A stretch of 27,568 nt of DNA. Origin: Thermoanaerobaculia bacterium (GTDB lineage Bacteria; Acidobacteriota; Thermoanaerobaculia; UBA5066; Gp7-AA6). Location: contig DATNMZ010000493.1 in NCBI GenBank assembly GCA_035602095.1, positions 1 through 27,568 of the forward strand, written 5' to 3'. The translations under genes and the position numbers were made by a program. The notes under the pieces are model-generated. The model ran no database searches, was not told where the DNA came from, and saw nothing but the letters and a program-made list of their open reading frames with translations. Below are positions 22,483 to 27,568 of the stretch, in pieces. Every line of letters begins with the position of its first letter. The first letter of the stretch is position 1.

Positions 22483-24431
22483 GAGAGAGCCCTTCCCGGC
22501 CGTTGGCCGAGCTCCTTCGGAGCGAGCGGGAGGCCCGCGCCGCCGCGGAGGCCGCAGAGCGGCGCGCGACCTTTCTCGCTCGGGCGAGCGAGGCCCTGGC
22601 GTCGTCGCTCGACTGCGAGACCACGCTCCGGGCCGTGGCGGGCCTGGCCGTGCCGGTCATCGCGGACTGGTGCTTCATCGACATGTTCCGCCGGGGAACG
22701 TTTCGTCGCGTCGCCGTGAGTCGCGCACCGGCCAGCCACGCGGCGCTCGCCCGCCGCCTCGAGGAGGAGCACTTCCTCGACGCGGACGCCTCCCTCGGTC
22801 CTCCTCAGGTGCTGCGGAGCGGAGTCTCGGAGCTCTACCCGGCGGTCACGGATGAATTTCTCCGGGAGGTCGCGCGCACGCAGGAGGCCTACGAGTTGCT
22901 GCGGGAAATGGACATCACCTCCGTGATGTCGGTCGCCATCCGGGATGCGGAAGCGATCGTTGGAATCATCACGTTCGTGAGCTCGGAATCGCGGAGACGT
23001 TTCGCAACCGAAGACCTGCGGCTGGCGGAGGACCTGGCCGTTCGGGCCGGCGCCGCAATGGAGAACGCGCGTCTGTTCGAGCTGGTCCACGACGAGCGGG
23101 CCGCGGCGCAACGGCACGCTCGGCGCTCCGCATATCTCGCGAGGGCGAGCGAGATCCTCGCCTCCTCGCTCGACCACAAGACCACCCTCTCGAGCGTCGC
23201 CCGCCTGGCCGTGCCGGACGTCGCCGATTGGTGCCTCGTCGACATGGTCGAGTTGGATGGCGGCTTGAAGACGATCGCCCTTTACCACTCGGATCCGGCG
23301 AAGACGGCAATCGCCCGGGAAATCGGGCGGCGGTTTCCGTACGACCCGGCGCAGCCCTGCTTCGCTCCCCACGTCGTGGCAACGGGAGAGCCCGAGCTCG
23401 CGACGCGGATTCCGGACGAAATTCTTCGCGCGGGAACTCGGAACGAGGCGCACTATCGCGCGCTCGCCGAGCTCGGATTCCGTTCCTACATGTGCGTGCC
23501 GCTCGTGGTGCGGGGGCGCGTCGCCGGCGCGATCACCTTCGCATCGGCGGAATCCGGACGGAGCTACGAGCCGGAGGATCTGTCGCTCGCGGAGGCCCTC
23601 GCCTATCGGGCGAGCCTCGCGATCGACAACGCGCGGCTCTACAGCGAAGCGCAGGACGCAATTCGGGTGCGGGATGAATTCCTGTCCATCGCCTCTCACG
23701 AGCTGAAAACGCCCGTCACCACGCTCCAGCTCCAGATTCAGAGCCTTCGGCGCCGGCTCGATTCCGGGCGCATGGAGGCGGGCGATCCGGGGTTGAGTAA
23801 GCGGCTCGCGATCTCCGAGCGGCAGATCGAGCGCCTCACGCATCTGATCAACAACCTCCTCGACATCTCCCGCATCACCGCGGGACGCATGGATCTCCGT
23901 ATCGAGGAGGTGGACTTCGCCGGCGTCGTGCGCGAGACAGTCGCACGGCTCGAAGACAGCCTTGCGCGCGCCGGGTGCACGCTGACGCTCGAAGTCTCCG
24001 ACCCGCAGAGAGGCGAGTGGGACAAGTTGAGGCTCGAGCAGATCGTCACGAATCTGATGTCCAATGCGATGAAGTACGGCGCGGGGCGCCCCATCGAAGT
24101 TTCCCTCTCCGGTACGCCGGATTCGGTCCGTCTCGAGGTCGCCGATTTTGGGATCGGCATCGCGCCCGAGAGCCAATCGCGCATCTTCGGGCGATTCGAA
24201 AGAGCGGTCTCCGAACGAAACTACGGCGGCCTCGGCCTGGGACTCTGGATCGTGCGACAGATCGTGGACGCTCTGGCAGGCACGGTCACCGTCCAGAGCG
24301 CGGCCGGAAAGGGATCCCGCTTCGCCGTCGAGCTTCCGAGGCGGAGAGCGCAGCCCGGGAAAGCTGCCGCCGAGCCTTCGATCTCCGCGGCCCCGGAGAC
24401 ACCGGAATCCGGGAACGGTCTCCCGGCGTAA
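22479..24431 (+). CDS. Cytoplasmic sensor histidine kinase with two GAF domains
   Basis: Duplicated GAF starts (ASEALASSLD...ADWC; ASEILASSLD...ADWC); H-box SIASHELKTP, N-box NLMSNAMKY, DFGIGI, IFGRFER, GLGLGL. No TM segment; GTGA overlap with the preA stop. Confidence 0.92.
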   Translation: MRESPSRPLAELLRSEREARAAAEAAERRATFLARASEALASSLDCETTLRAVAGLAVPVIADWCFIDMFRRGTFRRVAVSRAPASHAALARRLEEEHFLDADASLGPPQVLRSGVSELYPAVTDEFLREVARTQEAYELLREMDITSVMSVAIRDAEAIVGIITFVSSESRRRFATEDLRLAEDLAVRAGAAMENARLFELVHDERAAAQRHARRSAYLARASEILASSLDHKTTLSSVARLAVPDVADWCLVDMVELDGGLKTIALYHSDPAKTAIAREIGRRFPYDPAQPCFAPHVVATGEPELATRIPDEILRAGTRNEAHYRALAELGFRSYMCVPLVVRGRVAGAITFASAESGRSYEPEDLSLAEALAYRASLAIDNARLYSEAQDAIRVRDEFLSIASHELKTPVTTLQLQIQSLRRRLDSGRMEAGDPGLSKRLAISERQIERLTHLINNLLDISRITAGRMDLRIEEVDFAGVVRETVARLEDSLARAGCTLTLEVSDPQRGEWDKLRLEQIVTNLMSNAMKYGAGRPIEVSLSGTPDSVRLEVADFGIGIAPESQSRIFGRFERAVSERNYGGLGLGLWIVRQIVDALAGTVTVQSAAGKGSRFAVELPRRRAQPGKAAAEPSISAAPETPESGNGLPA

Positions 24432-24449
24432 TCCGTGCCGGAGGCGGAG

Positions 24450-25148
24450 ATGATCTCGATTCGAAGAGCCGGAGAGCGGGGGAGCGCCGACCACGGGTGG
24501 CTCGACACGCGCCATACCTTCTCGTTCGGCGACTATTACGACGAGCGCCACATGGGCTTCCGCGATCTGCGTGTCTTGAACGAGGACCGGGTGAAGCCGG
24601 GGCATGGATTCCCGACGCACGCGCACCGCGACATGGAAATCCTCTCGTGGGTGCTCGAAGGCTCGCTCGAGCACCGGGACAGCCTCGGCAACGGGTCCGT
24701 CATCCGTCCGGGCGAGCTGCAGCGGATGAGCGCGGGCTCCGGAGTCCGGCACAGCGAAGGGAATCCGTCCGGATCGGAGGCCCTCCATTTCCTGCAGATC
24801 TGGGTGCTGCCCGAGAAGAACGGGCTGTCTCCCGGCTACGAGCAGAAGTCCTTTCCGGAGGAGGACCGCCGCGGACGGTTGCGCCTGCTCGCGTCCGCCG
24901 AAGGAAGCGCGGGCTCTGTCTCGATCGGCCAGGACGTCCGGATGTCCGGAGCGCTCTGGGAGCGTCCGGAATCTTTTCCCTACGAGCTGTCTGGCGGCCG
25001 CGCCGCATGGGTCCAGGTCGCCCGGGGAGCGATCGAATTGAACGGCCGCCGCCTCCAGGCCGGTGACGGCGCGGCGGTCACGGACGAGCCCCGTCTCGAG
25101 CTGAAGGGCGAAAGCGGCGCGGAGGCCCTGCTCTTCGATCTGAGATGA
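24450..25148 (+). CDS. Pirin family protein (YhhW-like bicupin)
   Basis: HGWLDTRHTFSF, LRVLNED, GFPTHAHRDMEI and GVRHSE supply the His-His-His-Glu metal ligands; FLQIW. ATG 24450 preferred. Confidence 0.93.
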   Translation: MISIRRAGERGSADHGWLDTRHTFSFGDYYDERHMGFRDLRVLNEDRVKPGHGFPTHAHRDMEILSWVLEGSLEHRDSLGNGSVIRPGELQRMSAGSGVRHSEGNPSGSEALHFLQIWVLPEKNGLSPGYEQKSFPEEDRRGRLRLLASAEGSAGSVSIGQDVRMSGALWERPESFPYELSGGRAAWVQVARGAIELNGRRLQAGDGAAVTDEPRLELKGESGAEALLFDLR

Positions 25149-25171
25149 GAGCCCTCGGCAGAAAGCGCCTT

Positions 25172-25213
25172 CCCCCTCACCCTGACCCTCTCCCCCGTTG
25201 CGGGGGAGAGGGG
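25172..25213. repeat. REP-like palindrome CCCCCTCACCCTGACCCTCTCCCCCG-TTG-CGGGGGAGAGGGG
   Basis: Perfect 12-bp stem CCCTCTCCCCCG (25186-97) / CGGGGGAGAGGG (25201-12) with a 3-nt loop, between convergent pirin and icd; no U-tract. Confidence 0.7.
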
Positions 25214-25262
25214 ATCTCTTTGAAGGATGGTGTTGGGGATACGACCGGTTTTTCTTAAGGCT

Positions 25263-25300
25263 CCCCGATCACCCGATCACCCGATCGCCAATCACCCGAT
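25263..25300. repeat. Octamer tandem repeat (CACCCGAT) just 3' of the icd stop
   Basis: ccccgat-cacccgat-cacccgat-cgccaat-cacccgat read directly. Confidence 0.8.
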
Positions 25301-25305
25301 TCCCC

Positions 25306-26760
25306 CTACTCGCCCTGCCCGAGCGTGTATCCCTTTTCCCCGTCGTAGATCGCCAGGGTCTCGATCTTTCCGAAGACGAGCCCGGTGGCGGTGACGCGCT
25401 CGAGGAGCGCGATGATGTCCTTTGGAGTCAGAGAGGGAGTGCCCGCGGCGGCGAGGAAGCGGCACCGGAAGTTGTCGGACGTAAAGGTCTCCGGAAAGCC
25501 GTCCGGCCATACCTTCAGGCCCCGGCTCGTGATCATCGTCGGCTCGAGCCCGCCCCCTGCGGCGGCTCGAAGTTTCTGCCCGAGCTCGTCCGGCGTTCCG
25601 TACGGCCAGTCGACGAAGACGTCCACGCCGACGACTTCCTTGCGTTTCACGAGCGGGGGAGGCGCGTTCTTCGCGTCCGCGGTGCGGGTCCGGCCGGCGC
25701 CGTATGCGACGGGCTTCAACGTTTCCGGCCTCTGGCCAAGGCGTTCCACGACAGCCGCTGCGAACTCGCGGGTCCCCACCTTTTTCCGGCTGACGCTCTC
25801 GACGAACACGTCATAGGTGTGCACGCCGTCTTCGATCGTCTTGAGCCAGGCGTTGTGAACCCGCTCGGCGACGTCGGGCTGGCCGATGTGCACGAGCATC
25901 ATCACCGAGCCGAGCAGGAGGCCCGAAGGGTTGGCCAGATTCTGTCCGGCGCGGCGGGGCGCGGAGCCGTGGATCGCTTCGAACATCGCGCATCTGGCGC
26001 CGATGTTTGCGGACCCCGCGAGGCCCACCGAACCCGCGATCTGCGCGGCCACGTCCGACAGGATGTCCCCATAGAGATTGGGCATCACGATCACGTCGAA
26101 GGCTTCCGGCGTGTCGGCGAGCTTCGCGGCGCCGATGTCCACGATCCAGTGCTCCTTTTCGATCTCGGGGTATTCGGCGCCGACCTCGTCGTACACCTTG
26201 TGAAAAAGCCCGTCCGTGATCTTCATGATGTTGTCTTTGGTGAAGCACGTGACGCGCTTGCGCTTGTGCGCGCGGGCGTATTCGAAGGCATAGCGGACGA
26301 TGCGCTCGGTGCCCCGGCGCGTGATCAGCTTCAGGCACTGGGTCACGTCCGGCGAGATCCGGTACTCGATTCCGGCGTAGAGATCCTCTTCGTTCTCGCG
26401 CACGATGACGACGTCCATACCGGGGTGCAGCGTGTCGACGAACGGGTGGTAGGCGACGCAGGGCCGGACGTTGGCATAGAGGCCAAGCGACTTTCGGGCC
26501 GTGACGTTCAAACTTTTGAAGCCGCCGCCCTGAGGGGTCGTGATCGGCGCTTTCAGGAAGACCCTGGTACGTCGGAGGGACTCCCAGGCGGATGGGTCGA
26601 TCCCGGAGGTGTTGCCGGAAAGATACACTTTTTCGCCGATTTCGATGGTTTCGATGGCGAGGCGCGCTCCGGCGCTCTCCAGGATCTGCAGGGTCGCCGC
26701 CATGATCTCGGGCCCGATTCCATCGCCGTGAGCCACCGTGATGGGAACCTTCTCGTTCAT
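25306..26760 (-). CDS. icd: Isocitrate dehydrogenase, NADP-type, long form with C-terminal extension
   Basis: GDGIGPEI, KAPITTPQGGGFKSLNV, VRENEEDLYAGIE, KDNIMK, MPNLYGDILSD, FEAIHGSAPRRAG. No Asp after HGSAP plus HTYD suggests NADP specificity. Confidence 0.95.
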   Translation of the reverse strand: MNEKVPITVAHGDGIGPEIMAATLQILESAGARLAIETIEIGEKVYLSGNTSGIDPSAWESLRRTRVFLKAPITTPQGGGFKSLNVTARKSLGLYANVRPCVAYHPFVDTLHPGMDVVIVRENEEDLYAGIEYRISPDVTQCLKLITRRGTERIVRYAFEYARAHKRKRVTCFTKDNIMKITDGLFHKVYDEVGAEYPEIEKEHWIVDIGAAKLADTPEAFDVIVMPNLYGDILSDVAAQIAGSVGLAGSANIGARCAMFEAIHGSAPRRAGQNLANPSGLLLGSVMMLVHIGQPDVAERVHNAWLKTIEDGVHTYDVFVESVSRKKVGTREFAAAVVERLGQRPETLKPVAYGAGRTRTADAKNAPPPLVKRKEVVGVDVFVDWPYGTPDELGQKLRAAAGGGLEPTMITSRGLKVWPDGFPETFTSDNFRCRFLAAAGTPSLTPKDIIALLERVTATGLVFGKIETLAIYDGEKGYTLGQGE

Positions 26761-26765
26761 GCGGT

Positions 26766-26818
26766 CCTTTCGGCGAAAAGGCGGATTCTAGGGCAATCCC
26801 CGCGGAAGGGTTTATAAT
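26766..26818. promoter_or_regulatory. Back-to-back -10 elements for icd (TAGAAT on -, 26785-90) and the hypothetical gene (TATAAT on +, 26813-18)
   Basis: Hexamers read directly in a 72-bp divergent gap; no clear -35 boxes. Confidence 0.45.
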
Positions 26819-26832
26819 TGCTCAAAATCCCC

Positions 26833-27192
26833 ATGAAACCGATTCGCGTGGTCGAGAACTCGGAACCCTTTTCTCCCGGCGGAGAAGAGCGGGACGCGGT
26901 CGCCGCGCTTCGCATCGACCCTTCCCGCAGGATGACGCTGCGCTTCGCGCTCAAGCTCGCGACCACGGGGGACCTCGAAGCCCTGCGCTATGCCCGTCGC
27001 GCCATGATCCGCGAGGAGCGAACGCGCGGAGTGGAATGGGACGAGCCCTCGATGGAGGATCCCAGCCTGAGCGCAAGCGAACTGCGCTGGTTTGTGCTGA
27101 CGTCCCAGGTGGCCTGGTGCCGGCTGAAGGTCGCCGAGCTCGTCGAGCGCGCGAACCGCGCCCGGGAGGCGATGCGCACGCTCGGTCAGTAA
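26833..27192 (+). CDS. Hypothetical helical protein (paralog 1)
   Basis: 119 aa from ATG 26833, downstream of a perfect TATAAT. Coding status is supported by similarity to the next ORF and a downstream terminator-like hairpin. Confidence 0.75.
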   Translation: MKPIRVVENSEPFSPGGEERDAVAALRIDPSRRMTLRFALKLATTGDLEALRYARRAMIREERTRGVEWDEPSMEDPSLSASELRWFVLTSQVAWCRLKVAELVERANRAREAMRTLGQ

Positions 27193-27202
27193 CCCGCTCC
27201 GG

Positions 27203-27223
27203 CGTCACCGAAAGTGACGTTTT
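27203..27223 (+). terminator. Probable intrinsic terminator
   Basis: CGTCAC-CGAAA-GTGACG followed by TTTT, starting 10 nt after the stop of the hypothetical gene. Confidence 0.55.
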
Positions 27224-27330
27224 CGTAACCTCTTTTCGCGCCCGCGTCCGCCGCGATCTTCAACACTCTGTCTCCGCTGGACTTGCAGGCGCCCTGCGAT
27301 CCGGCACGGGTCTCGCTGCTTTCTCCAGCG

Positions 27331-27568
27331 ATGAGCTCCACGAAACTTTTCGAGATCGTCGCCGACACGGCCTCCGCGCACGCGGGTGAGACTCCGCAAA
27401 CGGAGGGAACGAGCGCGCTCGTGCCCGATCCCGCGGCCCTGGACGTCCTGACGTTTAAGATCCGCTCGGAAGAGGCGGGGCTCGAAGCGCTGCGCCACGC
27501 GCGCCGGTCGATGCTGCGCGAGGAATGGATGCTCGGTCTCGGAGAGGGCGAGCCTTCCTTCGAAGAGG
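27331..27568 (+). CDS. Hypothetical protein (paralog 2), truncated by the right window edge
   Basis: Not in the ORF track. MSSTKLFEIVADTASAHAGETPQTEGTSALVPDPAALDVLTFKIRSEEAGLEALRHARRSMLREEWMLGLGEGEPSFEE; 17/29 identical to paralog 1 over LEALR...EPSxE. Confidence 0.75.
   Translation, partial: MSSTKLFEIVADTASAHAGETPQTEGTSALVPDPAALDVLTFKIRSEEAGLEALRHARRSMLREEWMLGLGEGEPSFEE

Noticed and set aside
27186-27368. 60-aa - strand ORF, and similar small ORFs in the 20.9-21.3 kb gap
   Set aside because: No SD, motif or homology evidence; they overlap better-supported genes or repeat structure.
1-27568. Prophage, IS element, defence system, tRNA or rRNA
   Set aside because: No integrase, transposase, nuclease, toxin-antitoxin or structural RNA signature was recognised, and no obvious compositional break was seen by eye.

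Overview
A GC-rich, gene-dense bacterial window. An Acidobacteriota-like organism is my impression from gene style only, not demonstrated. I found no tRNA, rRNA, CRISPR array, transposase or integrase. The core (about 5.2-22.5 kb) is a combined purine and pyrimidine catabolic supercluster. It has an NCS1 nucleobase permease (-) divergent from allB-alc-uraD-uraH-uricase (+). Converging on that is one long (-) run: mmsA/iolA, nitrilase-type beta-ureidopropionase, dihydropyrimidinase, AGXT2-like aminotransferase, three xanthine dehydrogenase subunits and an uncharacterised CitE/malyl-CoA-lyase-like enzyme. A divergent PreA-like dihydropyrimidine dehydrogenase lacks both its Fe-S domain and a PreT partner. 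Flanking genes are plsC (partial), a K+ channel family protein, sthA, a cardiolipin synthase-like PLD, a DUF5329-like protein, an orphan GAF-GAF histidine kinase, pirin, NADP-type icd, and two tandem paralogous hypothetical proteins. The best candidate new system is inferred, not shown: the CitE-like enzyme may condense purine-derived glyoxylate with pyrimidine-derived acetyl-/propionyl-CoA, joining both nucleobase pathways into one carbon-assimilation route. Intergenic DNA is also unusual: 7-8-mer tandem arrays start right after stop codons, a 44-bp tandem duplication is fused to a double-hairpin element, there are REP-like palindromes, and several genes look leaderless.
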